A DNA stretch of 64,000 bases from a virus. Location of the stretch: positions 1 through 64,000 of the IMG/VR virus record IMGVR_UViG_3300023174_000145, one strand, 5' to 3'. The notes beneath the pieces were generated by a model. The model was given only the letters and a program-made list of their open reading frames with translations. It was not told where the DNA came from and searched no databases. This document shows, in pieces, positions 39,301-49,800 of this stretch (positions are counted from its first letter, which is position 1; every line of letters starts with the position of its first letter). The position numbers were made by a program, and so were the translations under genes.

Positions 39301-40276
39301 TAGATCCGACTGGCAGACCATATGCAGAATTAGCCATTTCAGAATCAATATTAAAATCTACCACTGAATTAGTTATGTCAGAAACTAATCTAGGACTAAT
39401 TTCAATTACCTCTAATGGAATATATGCTGAAGACATTTTTGTTGCTTTAAATCTTATACCCTTAATTTTTATTGCACCGCTTACAGAATTATTATATGCA
39501 AGAAAATCAAATACTGTTTTTTCATCTGGTTGATCAACAGCATTAATATAGGCATCCCAACTATTTGATAATGAATCATAATAAATATCTAATACGCCAT
39601 CACTTAAAAGATTTGATGATGTTTTTGTAAATATTGTTTTCCAAGTATCATCAATATAAACATCAATATCAAAATTGGTGGCATATCCTAAATGTTTTTG
39701 TGTTTTTATTGATATTTTATTAATCCATATATCATTTTTATAAATAACATAAGGTGCTGCAAAATCAATATAATTTTGAGAATTTGATGTACCAACAGAA
39801 TATCCTGCTTTTTTTCTACCAGAAGACCAATATTTAAAACTTGATTCATTTCCCATAGGATATAATCTTGGCGATGATGTATTAATATCAAAGATATTTT
39901 TTATTTCTAAGGTGGATGATTGTCCAGATATTGTTTTCTCTTTACCAATCATTGAATCTAAATAAATAGATTTAATAATTCCAGGATTTGGTCTATTTGT
40001 CTCAAATATACTATAAAGAGGAGAATGTTTTTCTCTTACAATATCTTTTACTATATGATCCGTAGAATATTTTATATCTTGGCAACCAGAATCTTTTTCA
40101 TTATAATTATTATATGATCCTATTTCTAATATTGGAGTATATGCATTGTAGTTCCATTCAACAATTATTTGATGATTAGAATCTATTGTAGAATTTGCAG
40201 CAAATTCTTTTTGAATATCTTTATATGTTTCTGGATGAGAAGTAATAAATTTATCGATAGTTTTATTAGTTAACAT
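36320..40276 (-). CDS. Large tail-tip / hub protein
   Basis: 1318 aa, two genes after the TMP; C-terminal F.NP.L.LGD.I motif typical of tail hub proteins. Confidence 0.7.
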   Translation of the reverse strand: MLTNKTIDKFITSHPETYKDIQKEFAANSTIDSNHQIIVEWNYNAYTPILEIGSYNNYNEKDSGCQDIKYSTDHIVKDIVREKHSPLYSIFETNRPNPGIIKSIYLDSMIGKEKTISGQSSTLEIKNIFDINTSSPRLYPMGNESSFKYWSSGRKKAGYSVGTSNSQNYIDFAAPYVIYKNDIWINKISIKTQKHLGYATNFDIDVYIDDTWKTIFTKTSSNLLSDGVLDIYYDSLSNSWDAYINAVDQPDEKTVFDFLAYNNSVSGAIKIKGIRFKATKMSSAYIPLEVIEISPRLVSDITNSVVDFNIDSEMANSAYGLPVGSIASTSGTITISNTDGAFSKNNTYSIICDVLKPNVEVKIYQKVIVDNKTYRFPLKTLYTDIWNEGDNSTVNVSLQDYFKFFKERAAPDLLIANKSGVPTSVAMLTLLDNIGYNNFIFEKTGTDENADKEDVILDFFYSKKEQNVMEVLESLAVSTQTSMYMDESNNLVAMTKERVIAKQKTKDFWLYGNDNSLIKDDITYISNISSFNETFEPPITDINVAYNDIGIAKQPSAALITKSDVNESVKKALEDPSFSLSLADTNFRNSFGILWEASNKKDKTENVLCAAILVQDIPVTGIYDYLNNNNLLTFESKKNKEQLIKFLAEHTTDDIRKRMLIKLDSNYIHTFATSSYKGYIRIDQEIIKYNGIMFLVSNPKYNSYKTKIIFSSEEYNYTKSSLKQGSSLEPLALILDIQTEETQNSLDEEKIDILVTGDGRGINNTEVSEHKGVNTHKSFLEQNPDWKRSGVRLYGVGANIDMLTNNLTVSNKTETFFNNQTMRTTKFLQGYTGNLKLSGPKCKGTVTQNRKYSSTNKNLLPSSDPSENIITGIFKQIKNKNGTKVVVNRFGTRMKLVYDVPKNVSKGDKPINSGMIAGVSWDVSVKKNGITGYFLEVEDVGTINGNQLASANFGNMRLYKITQDNGKYIPTVIAETWVNVSNTSWSGLEQQGQKDGKSQAIIFDLDISITRSNGSNQFDIFWEGQNVMTAVDSKNKITSTSDTKSTIGLFVRGQSSAIFEHLFAYSGAEGIVPRKDDEDDISYFSEIKNDFNRCYLPPGINYRRQTNGKGSYLYFEDFGKLAREVKKFDIRFEDVGLTPKIISLSETSKYYQVSDVNLSNHGGTFWVHNTGNSSIKLDTENGTPLFIIGFPLKERSPGTIKSKEFLEKENYELDINDKYNANRKLYGTQELQLSGQFINDREQAKHLAKWVIDNLSKERKTLSVGVFPNPLLKLGDKIGLLYSDKYYNDESSTYTITGISYSVKNNGPEMTLTLKECI

Positions 40277-40803
40277 TATACTTCCACCAAACTAAGATTT
40301 ATATCCCAAAGATCTGTATCTATGCCCCTAGTTATAATATTATATGAAAAGTTTTCAAAAAATACATTTACTATTTCTACATTTGTTTTAATTTCTGACT
40401 TTAATACTGAAGGATCATTGTCATAAACAAACAATGCCCAAAAACTTCCAGTATGATTGTTATACCAATCTAATATTTGTTGACCACCACCAAACTGATT
40501 TCTTGTATTTGAATATTCAGTTACATAGTCTTTTCTAGATGGAAGTCTTTTCCAAGAAGTAGAATATGTTTTTTTATCTGCAATATGATATGAACGCATT
40601 GTTCCATTTATCATACGTTGTCTATGTTCTATTCTTTCAAAAGCAATAGCAAGATCTGAACGATTATCATCAGATAGATATAAATAATTTGTTCCAAGAT
40701 CCCATTTTCCAGCTCTAGAACCTACACCTTCTACTGGCTTATCTTCTGTAAAAATAATTAATGATGGTCTAGAATATTTTTCTTGTAAGTATCCATATGA
40801 CAT
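40276..40803 (-). CDS. Distal tail protein-like
   Basis: Immediately after the TMP; RMINGTMRSY..ADK and W.I.LSL.EV motifs. Confidence 0.65.
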   Translation of the reverse strand: MSYGYLQEKYSRPSLIIFTEDKPVEGVGSRAGKWDLGTNYLYLSDDNRSDLAIAFERIEHRQRMINGTMRSYHIADKKTYSTSWKRLPSRKDYVTEYSNTRNQFGGGQQILDWYNNHTGSFWALFVYDNDPSVLKSEIKTNVEIVNVFFENFSYNIITRGIDTDLWDINLSLVEV

Positions 40804-43800
40804 TAACAGTAAACACCTCTTGAGTTATTACCTATTGTACCACCCATAGCCTTATTAACGTGACCCATAACCATATCCATACCTGCACCATTAAAGTTAA
40901 AGTGATAAGTTGGGGCATTTGTGTTACCTTCTGCATATCCACCGCCATTATATTGTGCAATAGATGCTATACCAGATGGAGAAATGGATGGTGTTGAAGG
41001 AATACTATATGTAGGAGAAGATGGAACTGAGGTTCGTGGCATTACTCCAACACCACCCCCACCTGCATATCTTCCAGCATTAACAGCATTCATAAATGGA
41101 ACGCCATACTTTGCTACAGAAGAAGCCTTTACTACATATTCCCCATTTGACAACATCGCTGGTATAGAATCGGAAGTTGTGCTTCCTGGACCAACCATAT
41201 GTCCACCATTAGCGGCATATTTAAACCAAGGGAAAAGTCTATGAGTTATTCTAGAACCACCATAATTTGTTACGTTTGAATAATCTTCGCCCTCACCTTT
41301 ACCTGTTAAAATATTGAATAGTGATTGAGCAGAGTCAAATTGATCCAGTTTTTCCGCTGCCTCTGGAACATATTTTTTGGCTGCTTTTCCAACAGGTTTT
41401 GCAGCATTTAATACCGACCTTACTCTATTGCTTTCAATTATTGATTTAATTTTATTAGACTCTGAAAAAGTTTTTAGTTTATTAACATCTGTAACTAAAT
41501 CTATAAGTGTTCCACTAGCATAAACAGCATTTTTTGCATCTATTGTTTTTGACAATAATCCAGCAACTCTAGATGCTTTTGACGCAATAGATGCAATTCT
41601 TCCAACCTGAGCAAATTTTGCAAGCATAGCAGCCTGACCAGCTCCTGGAACAAACATAAGGGCGGTGGTGCCTAATTCTAATAATCCACCACCAAGTGAT
41701 TTAAATCCAGCCTTAAATTCACCTTTTCTAAAATGCCTATACATACTAGTAAAATCATCAACACCCAGTAAATTATTTGCAATTCCAGAGCCAATACCCT
41801 TAATAAACTTTTTAGGATCTTTCATTGTAGATATTGCAAAATTTTCAACAGTATCTGAGATGTCAGAGACGGTGCTTCTTGCTCCATTCCATAAACGTTT
41901 AACCAATCCACCAAATGCAAAGTGTTGAGAATTTATAGAATCTAAGAAAGGTTTTCCATACTTTGATACAGATGATGCTTTAACTACATATTCTCCATCA
42001 GATAACATAGCTGGAATTGAGTCAGATGTTGCTGTTCCTGGACCTGAGATATATCCACCATCTGCCCAATATTTCCATTGTGTAACAGGAGTTTTTGATG
42101 GATCTGTTTTAAGTGCTTTTTTATTGTATGGAGATCCATCAGCATATTGCCATTTTCCACCAACTTCGTAAATTCTTGTTCCATCTTGAGCATATCCAGA
42201 TTTTGCAGTTGATGGTGGGCTTGTTTGTGGAGTTGTTGGTGGATTTGTAATTCCAGGCAAACCATTTTCATTAAGTGTTATGGCATAAGCAAAAGCTGCA
42301 ACAGCTTCTGTAACTCCAGGAGCAGGTGGTTTTTGCAAAAGACCAAATACATCCTTATAGGCTTTAGATGTTTCTGGATCAATACCCTGTGATTGAAATA
42401 TCTTTTTTACATTTGTACTTGCAGCATTTAATCTATCTACTGCATCCATCGTGTCTCCAGCCATAATAGCAACAGCATCATTAAAACCTGATTTTGCAGT
42501 GTTAAATGATTTGATTATACTTTGATCTTTAGTATTAATAGTCAATCCAGTTCCAGCAGAAATTCCTGTCTTTTCTGCTTTATCTGCAGCAGATTGTGCA
42601 GCAAGTATTGCTTTCTGCCAGCCTGGAGTACCAATAGACATACCCTGAGCTTTTTCAATCAAATCTAATGCTTGAGTTATTTGACCAACAGCTTGTGATT
42701 CTTTTTTGCGAAGCAAATCTATTTCTGCATTAATATTATCTATCTCAGCCTGATGTCTGGTATCTTCTGCTTTCTTTCTGTCATCAATAGCCTTTAATGA
42801 ATCATCAAGTTTCTTTTGTTCTGCATCGGCGGTGTCTTGAATATTTTGCATAGACAAATCTCTACCATATTGATCTGCTGCACTTGCTGCCTCTATTTGA
42901 GAACCAATAAATCCAAATACATCTCCAGATGCTATAGCCTTTAATCCAGTTAAACCAGTTTGTCTTTGCTTTGCATAAAAATCCTCTGCTTCTTTTTCTT
43001 TTTGTAATTGCTTTAAATAGTAATCGGTATTTTCTTGCAATATACCTTTTTTGTTATTAATTCTTTCTGCTTCAAGATCTAGATTTTCTAATGCCTTTTC
43101 GTGTCTTTTATCTTCAGTTTCAAGTTCTGCCTGTTTTGCCTCTATTGCAACATCAAATACTTTTTGAATACCTTCTTTTAATTGATTTAGTTGTTTTGCG
43201 GTATCTTCTAGTTGAAGGTCAACATCAGTTTCTATTTTTACAAGAGACATTCTTTTTGCTAATTCTTCTGGAATTTTTTTGCCAAGGTCTGCCTCTATTG
43301 TTCCATTTAAAATTGCTGCACTAAGGTCTTGACCCATACCATTACCTAGAGCAAGAAGTGCAGCTTTTTGTTTTGATTTATCTAGTTTAAAGAAAGCACC
43401 ATCTTTTCCAAAAAAATCAAACAGTGCGCTTCCTTCTCCAAAACCTGCATCTTTAACCATTTGTTGTAGTTGATCTGACAATTTTCCTATATCAGCATTT
43501 TTAAATTCAGAAACTATTAAATTTACTGCTTCTGTGGAAGCAGTTGGATTTTCCGCAGCCATTGCAAATGCAGATTTTAATGTTGCACCTAACTGTGATG
43601 CAATTTGAGTTTTAACTTTATTATCAATTAATACTGGTGCAATTAATGATGTAATCTGCGCTCCACCAAGATAGCCCCAAACACCTTTTGTTCCAAAAAT
43701 TCCCCTTAAGAATTTATCCTTAAGACCATTTCCAGTTGCACCAAGTGCTTCAAACATTACTCTTTGATTTTCAGCACCAGACTTCATAAGTTGGTCCCAA

Positions 43801-46800
43801 CTCTGACCATTCCATTGTGCTTTAACACCAAATTCATTAGATCTCTGTTGTAATAAAGCTGTTTGATTTTTTAATGTTAATATTTGTTGAGCCAGAGCAT
43901 CTGGTGCTGTTTTTATTGTTTTAAGTCTTTCAACTACACTAGCATAAGAATCTAAGGCTTGTCCTTGTCTTGCAATTTCTGCCGTTATTTCTCTTGCTTC
44001 TTTAGCCTTTATACCTCTTTGAATTAAATTGCTATAAACATTAACAAGCTGATTATTCTTTTCTTGCAAACTTTTTGTACTTTTTAATGTGTCAATCAAT
44101 GGACTAAAATCTGTTTTAACTGTTTTTTCAAAAGCTTTATTGTATGCACCAATGCCTTGATCTAAACCAGAAATATTTTGAGCAACTTTATTAAATTTTT
44201 CTACAGCATCTGTTGTAGATTTTAACTGAATACCTAACAATTTTGCAGTTTCTGTAGGTTCAGCAAAAGCTGCTTTTCCAGCCTGTCTTGCTTTTTCCAT
44301 TTCAGCATTATAAATTTCAATACCTTTTTGAATCCCAGTAATTGCAAGATCAATTCCCATACTAACTATAGGATTACTTAAAGCACTTGCAAGTTTGCCC
44401 ATACCAGACCCAACTCCAGATAGTCCCTTTCCAATAAATCTTTTAATAGGACTATTAACAGCTTTTCTAGTTTTAATATCGTAGATATCGGCACTCATTT
44501 CGTCACCTTTATCTTTTAAGGTTTGTCCAAAAGTACCCATACCACTATTTGCAAAGTATTTTAGTCCTTGTGTAGCAGCAGCAATTCCAGCAACCCATTT
44601 TTGTCTGCCATTTTGAACATCAGATGTGAATTGATCCAATACAAACTTCATTTGAAAACCTGATGTTGCCATCATACTGAAAGCTGCAGCAAACTTACCC
44701 ATACTTCCTGGTTGAATATCTCCCATATATACTGGTTCTGTAAAATCTGCCGATGTGCTGTCAAAGTTGTTTGCTCTAAAGTTTTTACCACGAATTAATG
44801 ATGTTCCAAATGGATGAACAATTCTCTTTCTTGCTTCATCTCCTGGACTTGTAACACCTGCTACTCTGCCATCTGGAGTAACCGCCAAAAGTTCACGGCT
44901 TGAAACAGCCATTGGATGACCACTTGCAGATGTGACCAACATATCATCAATAGTGCTTGAAAGAATCTTACCATCAGGAGATACATTAACGGTAGCACCT
45001 GTACCACTAATTCTGTCTCCACCGCCAGCAAATGATGGATAAATAATTTTTGATTTAGAAACTCCACTTGGCATAACAACACCACTTCTTGATTGTGGAG
45101 TTTTTGCATCTTCGTTATATGAAATAACTTTAACTGTTGGCAAGCCTGGTGGCAATGCTCTAGATTGAAGTGTTTCATAGAAGTCACCCTTTAGTCTTTC
45201 TTGCAAACCTGCAACTACCGCAATAGGAATACCTTTTCCATCTTTTGTATTTCTTGGAAACATTCTTGCAAGTTCAAGCATAGTCATAGCACCTTGGCGG
45301 GTAGTTGGATGAATACCCTTAGAAAGATTAGTTAACTGTTCAATTACAACATTCTTTGGTAATCCTGTTTGTGACATAACTGCATCAATAACATATGGTG
45401 CTAATAATCCACCACGACTTTGAATATCGCCTCTGCTTTTAAGTGTTTCAAGGAATGTATTATATACCTGAGATTCTTTTATTAGATTTGCTGCTTCCCA
45501 TATCTTTGTATACACTTCTCCAGTATTTGTTGTTGCAGGATTAATGTGCGCTAATACGTCTAGCATATAATACATAGCTTTTTTATCTGGATTTTCAAGA
45601 CCAGCATCAATTAATGCTTGCATAATTGCTCGTGACTCTGCACCCTTTGTAGCCCAATCAGGCAGTGATCTTAAAACAGTTTCATATTGTTTTGGTGCAG
45701 ATCCCTTTTTGTCCCATTTATGAGTTGCTTCTTTCATAGAGTCTTCTGCAAAATTATTCACTCTGCCGCCAGATTGTAGATGTTCTGGATTTAATAAATG
45801 TGAAACTCCAGTAATGTTTTTACCAGTAAGTTCATCTGTAACGCCAAAAAGTTTTGCAAGAGCAATTTCAATTATATTTGGATAAACTTTTGTTCCTGGA
45901 TTTTTAGCCCTTCTGCGCTCCGTATTATCTCTAGTTTTTGCAAGAGTGCCACCAATTCCCTCAGCCGCTGTTTGAAAAACTGTATAATCAGCTTTTTTCC
46001 TTTGATAAATTTTTTCAGGTAATGGAAAACCTTTAAGTTTTGCTGGCAAATTTTTTAAAGTATATGACCCATCTTTTTCTAGTACATATCCCAAAGCATC
46101 AAATGCTTTATCTACACCAAATGCTCCTAAGTCTGTTCTAACATCAGAAAACTCTCCTCGTTTTTTAAAGTCTTCTATTAGCGACTGAACCTTTTTTGAC
46201 ATTAAAGTTTTTTGATAAAGTTCTGGATCATTAATCATATCGTTTGGATCTGTTTTATTTAATTTGTTAGAAACAAAAGACTGTATTTCTTTAGGATTAA
46301 TTGTTGTTCCAATTTTATTAAACAATGCAGTCATTGTATTTAAAGCTTTTGGTGCATTTATATAATTATACAAATCCATTTCTTTTGCTGATGACTTAGA
46401 AAGCTCACTATTTAATGTTTTTGGTATGTCAAATCCAATAGGATAAAGCAATCTACTTGCTCCAAAACTCATATAAGGTACAGTATGTGCAAATGCTAAA
46501 TTATTAGATTTATATTCTTTTTGATACAAAGATTTATCAGCAAAATTATTTACTCTTCCACCAGATTGCAGCATCCAAGTTGGGAAACCTGCATCTATTG
46601 CCTGTTGACGCTCTGCTGCATCTGCTGCTTTCTTTTCTAATGCTTTTGCTGTAGGAGCAGATTTTGGCTTAACTGGTTCTGGTTTAATGCCAACGTGATG
46701 AGCGTGTATTTCTTTCCAATTAATTTTACTTGCTGCTGACAAATCACCAATAAGTAATTGATACATTGCTTTTTCTTCAGGTGTTAGATTTTGAAGAGCA

Positions 46801-49800
46801 CCAATAGCACCACCAGCATTTGCCTGTGCCTCAGCAATAGCATTTAAGAAACCAGCCTCATATTGCTCTGGTGTCATTGATGCTGCTATACCTGCTGTTG
46901 CTTCTGCAAACCATCTACGAGCACCACCTTTTTGCATAAGGAAATTAATTCTTGCTTGTGTAGCAACATCATACTTTTTACCACTTAATGTTCTTGGCTG
47001 TGATGCTCTATCTGAAACATATGCAGCACCTGTATCTGTAACAATGCTATCAAATAAATTATCTGCTTGAAGGTCGGCATCCCCACGAATAATTGCTGCA
47101 AGTGCTTGTTTAAAGAATGCTTCTGGTGCAATCTGTCCAGATGTTTTAGCAAATCTTGAATCAAACGGTGAACGAACACCAAACATTTGCTGACCAGTTT
47201 GTGGATGTAAGAATTTAATTAGTTCTTGTTGTGGTGTGGTCAAACCAAACATATCTTGAGTTAATTGTGTTCCTCTAGATTCAATAAGGGCGGAATCAAG
47301 TGTGTTATGACCCTTAACAATAAACTTTTGACCATTAATTTCATAAACACCATTAACTCCAGGAATAGCAGAACTAAATCCGCCCATACCACTTTGTCTT
47401 TGACCAACATCAGTTATTGGCATACCAGCAAATCTTCCAGTAGTTGCTTCTAGATGAGCAAGGGCAAGCATTTCTTCAATAGCTGCTTGTTTGTCTGCAT
47501 ATTTTTGTGGCATTAATGATTTAGATTCAAAGTTGTTTACTCTTCCACCTTTTAGATATCCAACTGGACTAAGATCTGGTATATGAGCTGGATATGGTTG
47601 TTTTAGCTGTACATAGTCGCTATTCTCTTCATCCCAAATATCATAGATTGCTTTATTAGATATTGGAGATAGACTAATTCCATCTCTACCAATATTAAAG
47701 TTTGTTATAGTTGCAGGAGACCATTTGATACCTTGATATCCTTCTTTAACTAAATATTCAAAAAATGGGGAGCCAGGACCACTATGTTCTGCTGCACTTG
47801 CTGCATCTCTAAGCCAATGATTTTTATTAAAGGATGGTCCATAATAATCTCTGTCCTGCATTGCTTCTTTTCCAGATTTTGTTCTAGAAAAAGAATTAAT
47901 AAGTTGTATTAATTGTTTACTTGGTTCGTGAAAATCTGTTGTTTCATCATATGCTTCAATATAGCCTTTTCCTCTAGCAACTTTTCTAAAAGCTTCTCTT
48001 GTTTTTGAAATAGTATATTTGAAGCCTCCTGCATAACTATCCCAGCCTTCATCGTGTGTCTTTAAGTTTGATGAAAAATATGTTCCAGGACCTTCCATTT
48101 GAGCTGACCCTCTATCATACTTTTCCATAGTTTGAATACGACTTGGATCTATGGCAAGCATTTGGTCTCCAGCGTGAACCATAAACATTTCCATAAGAGC
48201 TGCTTTCATTCCTGGACTTAACTGATTTGGATCAGTAATATTAAACATACTCATATATCTTCTTAGTATATTTAATTGTGTTTTTTCTTCTTCTGACCGA
48301 CCAACAGCATTAGGAAGCAAAATATGAAGTGCAGTATTTAAAGGATTTGATCCCCATATTTCATCATCTGGATATGGTCTTCTTTTTTCAGACCTTCCAC
48401 GACCAAAACCTTTAAAATTATGAGACTGTAACTCTGTATCTATATATTGAGAAGAAGCCTTTTTTATTTCTTCTTCTGTCCAGCCAACCTCAGCACTCTG
48501 TATTCTTCCACCATTTTGTTTAAAATTAAGAACATAAGGGAATAAATGCTTTTGCTCGTCATAGGCTTTTTGACCACCTCTGAAACTAGATGGCGGTGCC
48601 CACATTTGAGAAACAGAATCTAATACCCCAGAAGTTGTAGCTGTTGCTATTTCTCTTTCCTTTAACTGCTCTCCCATATATTCAGTGCTTTGTGCTATTT
48701 GTGATATAGGAAGCATTGATGTGCCTTTACCAAACAATCTTTCAATCATAACTGTTTGAGGCTCTACACCCATAGGAAGTTGGCTTTGAAGTTCATTCTT
48801 TACCGCCTGAACAGTTTCTTCTCTGGCTCTTCTACCACGATCTATAGCATCTTCAGTAATTGGATCGGTAGGAGATAAACCAATTCTTTTTTGTAAATCT
48901 TCTATTACAAATGGATTATTTGGTTCTCTTCTAAACATATCAACAACATAATTAAATGCATCTAGATTCTTTTGTTTTCTAAGCAAGTCTTCTTGAATAA
49001 AACTTCTACCAGAAAGAGGATTGCTAAATTGTTTTCCAACTAGCCAGTCAAGTGCGTGTTCGCTATATGATTGTGGAGAACCATTAAAGTTAATTTTTCT
49101 TCCAGCAAGACTTAAGAAATCTCCAGATTCTAGTGCTTGCAAAATAGCAAGTTGGTCTGCGTCTGGTATTTCTCCAGGAAGTCCCAAAGATGTTTTTCTT
49201 CTAAGAGTCATCGGGTCTTTAGATGGCTCAAAGTATGACATAAATTTTTGAAGTCTTTCTGGATCTTGTCTTAGATATTGAGTGCTTTGTTGCCAAGATT
49301 CTACTAATGATAATAATTCTGGTGATACTGATTTATCAGCGTAGTTATTTACTCTACCGCCAGACTGGAATATAGGAACTTCACGACCATTTATATTTTT
49401 AGTTGCTCCTGGAAGAACAGAATGAAGCATAAGCATTCTTGTTTTAAGGTCACTACCATATCCAGTAATTGGAATACTCATTCCACCAGGAAGAATAAAC
49501 TCACCTTCATTGCCCCATTGAGTTGTACCTTGAAAAAGTGACTGAACATCTATGCCACCAATATTATTTCCTTTACCAGTCCAAAGGTCGTGTATCCAAG
49601 GAATTAATTCTCCAGCATCTAGTTTTCTTTGACGAGAATCAGAAACCCTTTTATTTTTTGGATCTTGAAATGTTTTAATAAATCTTTTGTAAAATTCTGT
49701 ATCTTGAATATCACTGTATGAAGTAAACCTATCTAATCTTTGCTGATATGGTGCATTTGCCCAATTCAATCTTACATCTCCACGACCACCACGACTGGTA

